A stretch of DNA of 61,735 nucleotides, filler included, from Actinomycetota bacterium (GTDB taxonomy: Bacteria; Actinomycetota; Acidimicrobiia; Spongiisociales; UBA4744), in assembly GCA_013152275.1 (NCBI GenBank). It is 7 parts of 7 records of this genome, joined end to end, with 100 filler letters (N's around TTAATTAATTAA, not from the genome) between each part and the next. Parts side by side here need not be neighbours in the genome. Positions count along the whole stretch, not along the records: positions 40,139 to 45,574 come from JAADGS010000022.1; positions 45,675 to 51,036 come from JAADGS010000015.1; positions 51,137 to 56,433 come from JAADGS010000093.1; 4 more parts are not named here. The stretch is one strand, 5' to 3'. The first letter of the stretch is position 1. Each line of letters starts with the position of its first letter. The notes beneath the pieces were generated by a model. The model was given only the letters and a program-made list of their open reading frames with translations. It was not told where the DNA came from and did no database searches. Position numbers and translations under genes: made by a program. Shown here in pieces: positions 42,027 through 51,959 of the stretch.

Positions 42027-43481
42027 CTATGTAGCGGGGGATCCCCCTGGTTCTGTGAGCTGGGAGGCATGCAACCCCTTCATGTCGGTGGTCACCAAGA
42101 AGATGGTGCTGGTGCCCGGTTGCACGACGAGGTGCCCGAAGGTCGGTCCAAAGCTCGGGTCCACGACACTGTCGAAGTATGAGGCCGGTAGCGGCGCCAC
42201 ACTGGTCAAGGTGCCGTCGGGAGCGATCGACGCCAGCGCGGCGACGTTCCCGTCGTTGTCTGCGCCGACGAGCAGCACCGACACCGTGTTGTCTTGCCCC
42301 GACACAACCTCGACAGGAGCGACACCGATGCGGGTGTTCGGGTCGTCTGCCAGGTGCGGAACAAGACGCACGCGAACCGGCGGGTCACCGTTGAACTCTA
42401 CGGCGACCTCACCCGTCTCGCCGTTGTAATCGACACGAAACTCGACACCACCTCGAGTTCGTAGCCACTCCACCCCGTGGACCACCGACGCACCCAACTC
42501 GGTGATCGACAAGTGTGGGTAGAGCGGATATCGGGTCCTCCCATAGATGACCTTTCCGTCGTCGGTCAGCAGCCAGAACCCCTCCGACAGCGGCAGGGTC
42601 CGCACCTGACCGCCGCGGATCACCACAACCTGCTCGAACGCAATCGCTACGAACGTTCCATCGTCCAGTACGGTCGGGTCCCATGCAGACACCCTTCCCA
42701 CATCGAACGCCTGCTGCAGCACTCCATCACCGTCGAACACGGCGACCCGATGCTTCTGCGAGTCGAGCACCCACCAGGACCCGTCCGGACCGACCGCTGC
42801 AAACTCGGGACCCACACCCGGAAGCTGATCGAACCCCAACTGATCCTCGGAGTCGCCATAGCCGATCGACAGCACGTCCCGCCACCACCCCGACGTCGCA
42901 TCTGCAGGTCCCGAAAGGGTCACCGTCACATCCCGCACCACCGGCGCAGGCGCCGTCGTCGCCACAGGGACCGTCGTTGTAGTCGACGCTGATGCCCTGA
43001 GTGCCGCCTGCCGATCGCGCCCCGGGTCATAGGTGACACTCTCGGCGATCCGCAGCAGAGTCTCCGTATCCAGTGACTTGCTCACCGTCTCGACCCGAAC
43101 ACCGTCGCCGACGTATTCCAATATGCGGGGCTCCCCCTCGATCACCGTGAACGTGCGCCCGTCACGCACCACATCCACACCCCGGATCGGATACGGCGCC
43201 GGAAACAGCGAGCGACCCACCGCAAACCAGGTTCCATCATCAGCGACGAACCGATGAAACATCGCCGACTCATGCCCTTCGTTGAACACGAACGAATACC
43301 CGGCAGGGACATACCCGATACGCAACCCACTCGCCCCGTCGTCATCCAAAGCCGGCGCAACCCAACTGGTAGCAGTCCCACCCCCTGGCACGAACGACCC
43401 ACCAGTGCCCTCCCCCAACGTGGATCCGCTACAAGCCGCCACCACAAGCGCCACCACCGCCACAACGACCGCCCTACGCAT
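42027..43481 (-). CDS. Lipoprotein with a Thr-rich linker and a beta-propeller-like C-terminus
   Basis: Lipobox VAAC; GYVPAGY; GPEFAAVGPDGSWWVLDSQKHRV. Confidence 0.75.
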   Translation of the reverse strand: MRRAVVVAVVALVVAACSGSTLGEGTGGSFVPGGGTATSWVAPALDDDGASGLRIGYVPAGYSFVFNEGHESAMFHRFVADDGTWFAVGRSLFPAPYPIRGVDVVRDGRTFTVIEGEPRILEYVGDGVRVETVSKSLDTETLLRIAESVTYDPGRDRQAALRASASTTTTVPVATTAPAPVVRDVTVTLSGPADATSGWWRDVLSIGYGDSEDQLGFDQLPGVGPEFAAVGPDGSWWVLDSQKHRVAVFDGDGVLQQAFDVGRVSAWDPTVLDDGTFVAIAFEQVVVIRGGQVRTLPLSEGFWLLTDDGKVIYGRTRYPLYPHLSITELGASVVHGVEWLRTRGGVEFRVDYNGETGEVAVEFNGDPPVRVRLVPHLADDPNTRIGVAPVEVVSGQDNTVSVLLVGADNDGNVAALASIAPDGTLTSVAPLPASYFDSVVDPSFGPTFGHLVVQPGTSTIFLVTTDMKGLHASQLTEPGGSPAT

Positions 43482-44994
43482 CAAGAACCTCACCCGCGAT
43501 CAAACACCCTCCATCGCCAGAACCACCACAACCGGCCCCACGCTGCGCCCCGGCACGACAGACGTCGGTTTCATGACCGCTCATCAGGGTCGACTCCCCG
43601 GTCGGTGAGGACCCCGTGGGCGATCCGTCGGTGCCATCGGTTGTGACCGGCGGCCAGGTGGCCTCCGACGTCGACCGTGGGAGCACGAGGACGGCGCCGT
43701 CGTCGTGCAGCACTATCGGGGAGCCTCTATACGCCTGGTAGGTGTGGCCTCCCCAGATGATGATACCGTCACCTGCCGCGACGAGACTGCCAACCCAGCG
43801 GGTCCCGAGACTGTCGGGTGCGAGACGCTCCCACGTGTCGGCGGCCGGGTCGTACGCCAGACCGGCCATCGGTGCGACCCCAGGCATGCCCGCCACGGTG
43901 TGCCCCCAGAACACGACCTTCATGCCGGTCCACACCGCCGGCACCGCAGAGAGGTTCACCGGCGGGAGTGCCGTGAGCCGCCACTCACCCAGCTGCGGGT
44001 TGTACGCCGCGAGCGGTGCCGGCTGGTCGGGGACCCCGTGCGGGGAGAACAGCACCTCGGTGCCGGTCCACACACCCACAAACACCATGCTCGAGCGGAC
44101 ACCGGGCGGATCGGCGATCTCCGACCAACTGTCGGTCACCGGGTTATAGGAAGCCCAGGACGGGTCACCGTCGGTGGCGTCACCGTTCCCACCGATGATC
44201 ATCTCGTGCCCCGTCCACACCCCAACCCCAGGGCTCTTGGCACCCAGCGGTGATGAAGCCAGGACACGCCACGTACCTGTCGCCGGGTCATAGGCGGCAC
44301 CGTCATCGGTCGCAACCTGTAGATCACCGGAGCGCTCGACCATCCCACCCCAGACAATCAACTCGGCACCGGTCCACACGTTGAACATGTACGAGCGCCC
44401 CTCGATCGGTGCGGGCGGGATCGCACTCCACGAATCAGAAGCAGGGTCGTACGCGAACCCGTCATTCGCCATGTCGAAACTCTGCGTATCCCCGACCGTA
44501 CGGTCACCACCCCAGATCAGCAGCCGACTGCCGGTCCACACCGCAGCAGGCTGGCTGCGTGCCTCCGGAGCGGCCGCCATCGGACGCCACACCCCCGTGG
44601 CCGGGTCGAAAATGTCACCCGTCGCCTGCGTCTCGACTGGACCCATCGGGTTCCCCCACGCCAACAACTCTCGACCGGTCCACACCGACACATGACCAGA
44701 CCGGGCAACCGGACCGGCCGGCATCGACGCCCACTGCCCAACCACCGGCAACAACGTGGTCGTCAAAGTAGGAGGCTGCGTCGCAGGAACCATGGAGGTC
44801 GTGGTCACAGGTAGCGTGGCCGTCGATGTCGAATCAGAATCGGTGACCATGACCTCAGCACTCGATGGTGGCACCGTCGAAATAGAACCTATCGTGCAAC
44901 CGGCAGCGATCAGCGACACCACAAGCACGGCGACCAGCCACCGTACGGTGGAGGACCCGGCGAACCGTGCCGAACGTCGCTGTCGGCTCATCAT
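43474..44994 (-). CDS. Kelch-repeat lipoprotein
   Basis: Lipobox AAGC; repeated VWTG..L.VWGG...YDP....W units. Confidence 0.85.
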   Translation of the reverse strand: MMSRQRRSARFAGSSTVRWLVAVLVVSLIAAGCTIGSISTVPPSSAEVMVTDSDSTSTATLPVTTTSMVPATQPPTLTTTLLPVVGQWASMPAGPVARSGHVSVWTGRELLAWGNPMGPVETQATGDIFDPATGVWRPMAAAPEARSQPAAVWTGSRLLIWGGDRTVGDTQSFDMANDGFAYDPASDSWSAIPPAPIEGRSYMFNVWTGAELIVWGGMVERSGDLQVATDDGAAYDPATGTWRVLASSPLGAKSPGVGVWTGHEMIIGGNGDATDGDPSWASYNPVTDSWSEIADPPGVRSSMVFVGVWTGTEVLFSPHGVPDQPAPLAAYNPQLGEWRLTALPPVNLSAVPAVWTGMKVVFWGHTVAGMPGVAPMAGLAYDPAADTWERLAPDSLGTRWVGSLVAAGDGIIIWGGHTYQAYRGSPIVLHDDGAVLVLPRSTSEATWPPVTTDGTDGSPTGSSPTGESTLMSGHETDVCRAGAQRGAGCGGSGDGGCLIAGEVLDA

Positions 44995-45359
44995 GAGGGA
45001 GGGCCTTGCTCGATCGCGGCGGCGGGTACGAGATCGTGGCATGCCGTCACCGTCAAGATCCACACGAGATCAGCAGGCAGTGGCTCTCCTACGATGTCGG
45101 TCGCGTCATCACCGACTTCTTTGGCGACCGTCCAGTCCCAGGCGCCGTTGACGCATCCACGCTGGGCGACTTGCACCCACACATCGGTCGGTGCGGTGAT
45201 ACCGGTGTTGTTCACACCCGTCAACATCAACTGGTGAGCCGTGTCAGCATCGATAGTGGCCGTAGGGAAAGCAGGTTGCGATCCGCAAGAGACCAGGAGC
45301 ATCCCCAACACGACAGCCACCACCGCAACGAGCCGCCAGGTGATCGGTCTGGGGCTCAT
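44991..45359 (-). CDS. Small lipoprotein
   Basis: Lipobox LVSC; two further Cys; stop overlaps the next start. Confidence 0.7.
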   Translation of the reverse strand: MSPRPITWRLVAVVAVVLGMLLVSCGSQPAFPTATIDADTAHQLMLTGVNNTGITAPTDVWVQVAQRGCVNGAWDWTVAKEVGDDATDIVGEPLPADLVWILTVTACHDLVPAAAIEQGPPS

Positions 45360-45808
45360 CGGCTCGCGACCCTGACGCCAACCCATGATGCGCTCATCAC
45401 CTCTCCTCCTTACCTATTGGTGTATTCGCCGGAGGACGCTTTCGGGTTCCCACCGTGGGCCCAGATGTGTCGTCACGGGTTCGTGTCGAGGTTGTCGACG
45501 ATGGTGGGGACCGTGTGGGTGGCGTCCCAGACGTGAGTTCCGGCGGGAACCCCGAATGCTGCTTCGAGGAACGTNNNNNNNNNNNNNNNNNNNNNNNNNN
45601 NNNNNNNNNNNNNNNNNNTTAATTAATTAANNNNNNNNNNNNNNNNNNNNNNNNNNNNNNNNNNNNNNNNNNNNTCGTCAGGACCGCGGGTGGTGAGGAG
45701 AACCCGAGGGTGGCGGTGTTTGTCGAGATTGTTGATGATGATGCTCGTGCGGCTGAGATCCTGGCGCCACTTGTCGACGCACTCGGCACCCTGCCCTAGA
45801 ACACCGAC

Positions 45809-46387
45809 ATGGCTTCAACCAACAACGCGTTGCCGACGTCTCCCACCGCCCTCGGGGATGACGTCCGGGTCCAGCTATGGGGTGGCGGAGACGGCGCGTC
45901 CACCTGTGAGATAGGTCCGAGAGTCCGCAGGCAACGGAGCCTGCGCCGCTGTTTACGGACTCTCGTAAGCAACCGAGTCTTCGTGGTTGGTCCGAGAAAC
46001 CGAAGGTTTCTAGCAAGCAACGGAGCTCGCGACGTTGCCGTTGTGGGCTTGGAGCGACTCGTCGACGTCTGGAACACCGCGAATACGGTGTTGGTCACAG
46101 TTGAGGTGATGAGCCTCAGTGGCGCCAACGTCGCTTCTTTCCGTTCCAAGTACCCCTCCGAGTGGGTGATGTCGGTCATCCAGAGACTCCAAGGCCCAGG
46201 CGGAACAGGTTCGGTCGGTGTCGGTCGATCACCATGGGGAGAGGATCGGTGCGGTCCCATCCCAGCAGATGCTCGACGTCGACGCCGCCCTCCGAGTCCA
46301 CCTCACCCTGTAGAGCGCTCTGTCGTGGTGTGGTGCCCGGCGCCTGTGACAGGATCTCTGCACGATCGTGTCGGACCTACGCGATAG
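45809..46387 (+). CDS. Hypothetical protein, possibly decayed
   Basis: 192-aa ORF whose central part looks protein-like; no recognised motif. Confidence 0.3.
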   Translation: MASTNNALPTSPTALGDDVRVQLWGGGDGASTCEIGPRVRRQRSLRRCLRTLVSNRVFVVGPRNRRFLASNGARDVAVVGLERLVDVWNTANTVLVTVEVMSLSGANVASFRSKYPSEWVMSVIQRLQGPGGTGSVGVGRSPWGEDRCGPIPADARRRRRPPSPPHPVERSVVVWCPAPVTGSLHDRVGPTR

Positions 46388-46418
46388 AGTGTCACACAGG
46401 TCGACACAGGGATTACTC

Positions 46419-46679
46419 GTGAAGTTTCTTCACTACGAACTACAGGCTGCGGAGGGCGACACGATCGTTGTCACTCTGGACAAACAGGCGAACGTGAGAG
46501 TCTTGGACGCGAGCAACTTCGAGCGGTACCGGCGCGGAGAAAGGCACCAATACCTTGGTGGGAAAGCTCTTGTGCGCCCAGCGCGTATCCCTGTGCCCCG
46601 CTCGGGTCGTTGGCATGTCGCAATCGACCTCGGTGGGTCGACGGGCTCCGTGAAAGCCAGCGTGTCCGTTGAGCGGTAG
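46419..46679 (+). CDS. DUF1883-like small protein
   Basis: GDTIVVTLDKQANVRVLD..NF..YRRG...YLGG, IPVPRSGRWHVAIDLGG. Confidence 0.82.
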   Translation: MKFLHYELQAAEGDTIVVTLDKQANVRVLDASNFERYRRGERHQYLGGKALVRPARIPVPRSGRWHVAIDLGGSTGSVKASVSVER

Positions 46680-46726
46680 CAGCGCGGGCGCAGTGCGTAT
46701 GGGTTGTGTGCCGGGTCTCACCGCTC

Positions 46727-47632
46727 ATGTTTGAGATCATCGACGTCACGGAGTGGCAGATCGCCCAAACGATTGAGGCAATCGGGACACGACCAAAGCA
46801 ATGGTTGCTGGATGCAGACGAAGCGTCGTGGCTCTTCAAGGAAGCCCGGTCAGACGATGAACGACCCAGCGGACAGGACTGGGCGGAGAAGGCCGTGGCT
46901 GAACTCGCACAGTTGTTGGGCGTCGCCGTCGCAACCGTTGAGCTCGCACACTGGCGTGGCAGGAGAGGCATCATATCGTTGAATTTTGTTACCAACGGAG
47001 CCATGCTCGTTCATGGCAACGAGTTGTTGTCAGCGGAGGATCCCGGTTACCCGCAAGATCAGCTACGGAACGACACTCCGGGATACACGGTGCAGGCTAT
47101 TCGAGACGTACTAGAGCCTTACGCGGGTCACTCCGTCGGAAGCTTTCCGTCAACTTCGGCATTCGAGAGTTTCTTCGGATATCTCGTGCTCGACGCGTGG
47201 GTGAACAACACCGACAGGCATCACCGGAACTGGGGGATCGTGCTCGATCGCGTGAACGTGCTTGCCCCCAGTTTCGATCATGGCAGTTCGCTCGCGTTTG
47301 GGGAGACGGATGCGAACCGAAGTCGGTTGCTCTCAGGAGGAGATGGAGCAATTCGGCGATGGCTCGACAACGGCCGGACGAGATCCTTCGAGGGTATGCC
47401 GTCGATGCTTGATCTCGTCGTCCGCGGGTGGGAGTTCATCGAGACGACCGAGCGGACCGTGTGGATCGATCGACTGACGAACCTACGAGATGACGACGTG
47501 GACGAGGTGCTAGACCGGATACCGGCGGACGGCCCGACCGGCGTCGTTTTGTCAGATGTATCTCGTACACTGTGCAGGGAGATCCTCCGTATCAACCGCT
47601 TAAGGCTTCTCGATGCTCTCACAACTCACTGA
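46727..47632 (+). CDS. HipA-like (PI3/4-kinase fold) Ser/Thr kinase
   Basis: GTRPKQW, LFK, DWAEK, DAWVNNTDRHHRNWG, LAPSFDHGSSL. Confidence 0.9.
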   Translation: MFEIIDVTEWQIAQTIEAIGTRPKQWLLDADEASWLFKEARSDDERPSGQDWAEKAVAELAQLLGVAVATVELAHWRGRRGIISLNFVTNGAMLVHGNELLSAEDPGYPQDQLRNDTPGYTVQAIRDVLEPYAGHSVGSFPSTSAFESFFGYLVLDAWVNNTDRHHRNWGIVLDRVNVLAPSFDHGSSLAFGETDANRSRLLSGGDGAIRRWLDNGRTRSFEGMPSMLDLVVRGWEFIETTERTVWIDRLTNLRDDDVDEVLDRIPADGPTGVVLSDVSRTLCREILRINRLRLLDALTTH

Positions 47633-48362
47633 AGAGACCGGAATCGGCACGCACCCGGACGTACCGGTACGGCGCTTGGTTGTTGCGTGGCAAGACCCCG
47701 AGGAGCGAACGTATCACAAGGTCGGGTACTTGGAAGTGTTCGACGGTCCGAAGTTCCGATTCTTCTACGACACCGAGGCCGTGGCCGAACTAAAGAACTT
47801 CGAGCCATTCCCGAACTTTCCCGACGAGCCGTACATCTACCAATCTTCTGAACTGTTTCCGTTCTTCAACAACCGGGTGATCTCTCAAAAGCGACCCGAG
47901 TATTCCACGCTGCTTCGCGCTGTCGCACTCGCGGAAGATGCGTCACCAATCGAGATCTTGGAGCGCTCAGGCGGGGCGCGCGAAACCGACACGATCCAGG
48001 TCTTCGCAGTGCCCGTCGCGGATGAAGACGGTGTTGTTGATTTTGTGTTCCCGGCACATGGAGTCCGGTATGTCAAGGGCGCCGATGAGCGAATCGGACA
48101 ACTGCAGCCGGGTGACGTGCTCGAGTTTCGAGAAGACTATGCGAACGAATACAACGCCGAAGCTCTGTTAATAGCGTCAGGGCAGCCGCTCGGCTGGGTT
48201 CCCGATTTCCTGTTGCCGGCGGTTCGATCCCTGACGACAGGCTTCGGTGCGTACCGGTTAACGGTTGAGGCGGCGAACGGCCCCGGCGTTCCGTTTCACT
48301 TCCGACTCCTCTGCCGCTTGACGGTCGAAGACGCCGGAGACTGGGACCCGGATTCGGTGTAG
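47613..48362 (+). CDS. HipS-like N-terminus plus HIRAN-domain protein (putative antitoxin)
   Basis: LVVAWQDP, YQSSELFPFFNNRV...RPEY, SGGARETD; HGVRY, E..NEYNAEAL, LGWVP; overlaps the kinase. Confidence 0.85.
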   Translation: MLSQLTEETGIGTHPDVPVRRLVVAWQDPEERTYHKVGYLEVFDGPKFRFFYDTEAVAELKNFEPFPNFPDEPYIYQSSELFPFFNNRVISQKRPEYSTLLRAVALAEDASPIEILERSGGARETDTIQVFAVPVADEDGVVDFVFPAHGVRYVKGADERIGQLQPGDVLEFREDYANEYNAEALLIASGQPLGWVPDFLLPAVRSLTTGFGAYRLTVEAANGPGVPFHFRLLCRLTVEDAGDWDPDSV

Positions 48363-48481
48363 TCGGGGTACTTGTGGTGGACGGTCCCCAGGATCTCGCG
48401 CCATGTTTGGCGGATCGCGTCGTTATCCGTGTCCGTCCGGTGCGGGCCGAACATGTCATACCTAGCGGATAGATTGGTCGG

Positions 48482-48952
48482 ATGACCAATGAGACATTTA
48501 CCGCACCGTGGGACCCGGTCTCGAAGAACTTCGTTTCCATGAGCTACGAGTCCTTGGACCAAGCCGCGAACGCGTTCGTCCTGTCGAGGAACACTCCTCG
48601 TCGTGTAGCACGGATGTTGGCTCGCTCGCGAAAGCAATTCAAGACGGCTGGGGCGGACTATGACAATCTCGTGTCGTGTGTTCAGTCTGCGTTCAAAGCA
48701 ATCGAATTTCTTCTGTGCGACGCGCTGGGTGATGCATGCGGGGAGAGGGACACCCTGGGCATGTTGATTCCCAAAGCACAGGAGGCCGGTCTACTGACCG
48801 AATACGACCATGGGTATCTTCGGGAGTTCGTTCTTCGCTTCCGCAATCTGGTTACTCATGATGAAATGCGGTTCACGCCGGGCATGTCGCACGAAATGAT
48901 GTCTGGGGTTCACAGGTTCGTGGTGGAGTTCAGCGACAAGCATCTCTCGTGA
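48482..48952 (+). CDS. HEPN-like protein
   Basis: Helical; AFKAIE, TLGMLI, and Rx4H motif FRNLVTH. Confidence 0.65.
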   Translation: MTNETFTAPWDPVSKNFVSMSYESLDQAANAFVLSRNTPRRVARMLARSRKQFKTAGADYDNLVSCVQSAFKAIEFLLCDALGDACGERDTLGMLIPKAQEAGLLTEYDHGYLREFVLRFRNLVTHDEMRFTPGMSHEMMSGVHRFVVEFSDKHLS

Positions 48953-49135
48953 TGCAGCCCGGCGGCGACTTCTCCGCGCCGGATGTCATATCATCGGCAT
49001 CCGATGCCCCGAAGAGCGTCGTAGTGAACCGTGTCAACTCTCGCCGATACAGCTCGTACAAACCACCCCCGGTGCGAACTTCACTCAACCGTTCCACGAG
49101 TTCGCATGCGGCGGCGGGCCGCTAGCCTCGAGTTC

Positions 49136-50329
49136 ATGTCGCGGGATCTGAGAATTGTTGGTAGCGAGTGGCCTGACCTGGATGCGTTGGGTGTTTGGCT
49201 TGTGGGGCTCGGCCGGTGGGACGTCAGAGTTGGAGGGGGTGTTACCTCGGTCCATCGTCTGACACGTGGCGAGATCTCAGGTGTGTTCTCGCTCGACGGG
49301 CCGGTTCGCGTCGAGGCCGAGGATCTGCCCCCGGAACTTGCGTCGGCGGTGTTGGTGCCGCGATGGCTGATTGAGATCAATGTGCCGCTCGGCGCCAGCG
49401 ATGCAGTTTGGAAGATGGCGCTGCGGGTGGGTCGCCGTCTTGCAGACGAGATGGTGGGGGTGGTGTTTGACCCGCAAGAGGATGAGATCGTTTGGCCTCG
49501 GTCGAAGAATCGGCGCCTTGCCCGAGTCGACAAGTCACCGGCGTCGACCGACATCGACTTCAGCTGGGCGATCCCCGAACATGGGTCTGCCGAGTCGCTG
49601 CCACGCGATCTGATCGCCTTGTTACGGGGCCTGCTTCCCGAGGCCCTTCCCCGCAGATATGGCTCCTTTGAACCTCTCCAGCACCGTTTCGATGACGGGG
49701 AGGAAGCGTTCTACGACTTGTGGCGTTCCGAGCAGGCGTCGTGGGTGGGGATGGTGTCCTGGAACGCGACGATGCCGGTCCGCAGCGGCTCTGTCTTTTT
49801 CCCCTCGCTGCGAGAACCTGAGGAAGGTGTGTTGGCGGGTTCGTTGCGTTTGACGATCGATGGGCGGGTCTTCGAGGATTCCCGGTGGCGTGACCTGGCT
49901 GTAACTCTGTTGGACCAGGTCGGCGGATTAACCAACGCTCTCTATGCCCGGGCACGGGTGGAACAGCACTACACGGGAGGGATTCCGGCATCGGAGTCTG
50001 ACAATCGGGCCCCGGGAATCGTGTCGCGAACGGCTTGGCGGGGGATACCCGATCACCCGGCGTGGCTGATGTGGATTGGGGAGACGTACGTGGATGCCAT
50101 CGGCGATGCGGTGCCCTCGGAAGGAACGACTCTTACCGAGCAGGGTTTACTCATCGCCCTTTCCGAGGAACCCCGTTTCGCCGTCGAGTTGCTGCCCTGG
50201 CACGATCGGTTCCCGGTCGAGTTCTGTCGACAGCCCGAAACACCGATGGTCGCTCGACCCATGGCCACCGAACGCCTCATCGATCCCATCCGAATCGCGG
50301 ACCACATTCCTGTCATTGACCCACATTGA
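49136..50329 (+). CDS. Hypothetical protein (immunity-protein-like motifs)
   Basis: 397-aa ORF; GVVFDPQED, PRRYGSFEPL, WRGIP..PAWLMWIG..Y. Confidence 0.7.
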   Translation: MSRDLRIVGSEWPDLDALGVWLVGLGRWDVRVGGGVTSVHRLTRGEISGVFSLDGPVRVEAEDLPPELASAVLVPRWLIEINVPLGASDAVWKMALRVGRRLADEMVGVVFDPQEDEIVWPRSKNRRLARVDKSPASTDIDFSWAIPEHGSAESLPRDLIALLRGLLPEALPRRYGSFEPLQHRFDDGEEAFYDLWRSEQASWVGMVSWNATMPVRSGSVFFPSLREPEEGVLAGSLRLTIDGRVFEDSRWRDLAVTLLDQVGGLTNALYARARVEQHYTGGIPASESDNRAPGIVSRTAWRGIPDHPAWLMWIGETYVDAIGDAVPSEGTTLTEQGLLIALSEEPRFAVELLPWHDRFPVEFCRQPETPMVARPMATERLIDPIRIADHIPVIDPH

Positions 50330-50464
50330 TTGTTCGGATCCTCCGGTAGCGCACCATCTGGACCCAGCGCTCTGGGGAGGGATCGGGCGCGGTTCGCCTT
50401 CAACCGCCGCTGTAACCGGCGGGGACGGAACCGTTTGGTCTACCACCGAAGGTTCCATGGCCGT

Positions 50465-50629
50465 TCACTTCTCTCTTCGGATACCTTTGAACGTGCCGCC
50501 GCTGCGCTTGACGCTGGTGAAACGTCCGGTGGTGTCACGCATGGTCCATAGACCCGTCTTTGTGTTCTGGCCTTGTGAACGATTCGACACCGCACCTTTG
50601 CGGCGGCCCTTCTCGGTTTGTTTCGCCAT
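50465..50629 (-). CDS. 54-aa basic protein
   Basis: RKGAVSNRSQ..NTKTGLW..RD..GRF..VK..G..FKGIRREK; GGAGG RBS. Confidence 0.75.
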   Translation of the reverse strand: MAKQTEKGRRKGAVSNRSQGQNTKTGLWTMRDTTGRFTSVKRSGGTFKGIRREK

Positions 50630-50751
50630 GAGATCATCCTCCCGTTGCTGAGGTGTCGACAAGCCTGTGTGCCGCTACCCGCGCCGTCGCGCCCGTGGAG
50701 GATCGGTCCGACCCGACCCCGAGGGCGGCACACGCGCGGTGGGTATTCAAG

Positions 50752-50943
50752 CTAGATATCCGAAGTTTCGGGGCGGCGCATCCGGGTTTTTATCCGCCGA
50801 ATGATGCGGTCCGCATCGTCTTGGGCGATTTCTTCGGGGGTGCGGTCCGCTCGTCGCCTCTCACGTTCGAGTTCCGGCAAGAAATACTCCCGGATGGCTT
50901 CCACGGAGACGAACCCGCGTGATCGCCTTGCTGGTCTACCCAT
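50752..50943 (-). CDS. 63-aa hypothetical protein
   Basis: AAGGAGG RBS; charged helical sequence. Confidence 0.55.
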   Translation of the reverse strand: MGRPARRSRGFVSVEAIREYFLPELERERRRADRTPEEIAQDDADRIIRRIKTRMRRPETSDI

Positions 50944-51136
50944 CGGTTGGCCCTCCTTGTCTGGCCTCATAGTACCGAACCTGGGTTCCGTGCACATGAC
51001 TCAGTGTCTGACAAGCGGACGGGAGGGGGACCGGTTNNNNNNNNNNNNNNNNNNNNNNNNNNNNNNNNNNNNNNNNNNNNTTAATTAATTAANNNNNNNN
51101 NNNNNNNNNNNNNNNNNNNNNNNNNNNNNNNNNNNN

Positions 51137-51412
51137 TTCCGGGGAGAGCATCGCCTCGAACCGTTCCCATTCGGTGTTCCTGATGAGCACACCGACGGGC
51201 GCCCCGGTCGTTACGCCATAGCGGACTCCCGCCAGGATCTCGACGCTATCCCGTTCGATGCGCATTCGAGGCCCTCGCCCGTACCCCCGCCGGCGGCGCT
51301 CGAGTTCGGCCGCGAGCCCTTCGGTGAGGAATGCAAGGCCGGCCGGCAGACCGTCCACGATCGTGACGAGTCCCGGTCCGTGTGACTCACCTGCAGTGAG
51401 AAAGCGCATCAT
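51137..51412 (-). CDS. aroC: Chorismate synthase, 3' truncated by contig end
   Basis: MRFLTAGESHGPGL, RRRGYGRGPRM.IE.D, GVRYG.TTGAP. Confidence 0.95.
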
Positions 51413-51452
51413 CACGATGCAGTCTCGAAGCATTGCGCCGGCGAAGCAAGTC

Positions 51453-51959
51453 CTATTTGAGGATCTCTTGGCCGACCGAGAGTTCGAAGGCATTGTCTCC
51501 GTACAGGAACACACCGCTGTCGGCGTCGAGCGAGACAACCATGAAACTGCCCCCGAACGCGTCACCGACGCCCACGTCGTAGCTCACCGAGTCCACTTCC
51601 ACGGTGGCCCGGAGCACTCCGCCAACATCCGTGATCCCGACGAGTCGGACGCGAGTTCCCGACGGCTCATAGGTGCCCGTGGAACCGTCCCCGGTTCCTG
51701 CCGGTGAGGATTCGGTGATGAGCGGACGAAACGGATCTCTCGGCTGCGACAGTTGAAAGGAACCGGCCACGGGTGCAGGACCGGCCACGCCGGCTGCCGC
51801 CGGAGGGGCAAGCCCTGTCTGGGCAAGCGGTCCGCTCAGAGCCGGAGAAGAAGTCCCGAAGATCGAAGGGGCGATGACCAGCCATGCGGCTGCGATGGCT
51901 GCGCCGATCAGCAGGATCGAGATTGCGGTCGCCCAACCTGTCCGCCGGTTCCCCATCAC
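51453..51959 (-). CDS. Type IV pilus accessory protein (PilP-like position)
   Basis: N-terminal TM; RDPFRPL motif; beta-rich C-terminus; follows pilO. Confidence 0.7.
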   Translation of the reverse strand: MMGNRRTGWATAISILLIGAAIAAAWLVIAPSIFGTSSPALSGPLAQTGLAPPAAAGVAGPAPVAGSFQLSQPRDPFRPLITESSPAGTGDGSTGTYEPSGTRVRLVGITDVGGVLRATVEVDSVSYDVGVGDAFGGSFMVVSLDADSGVFLYGDNAFELSVGQEILK

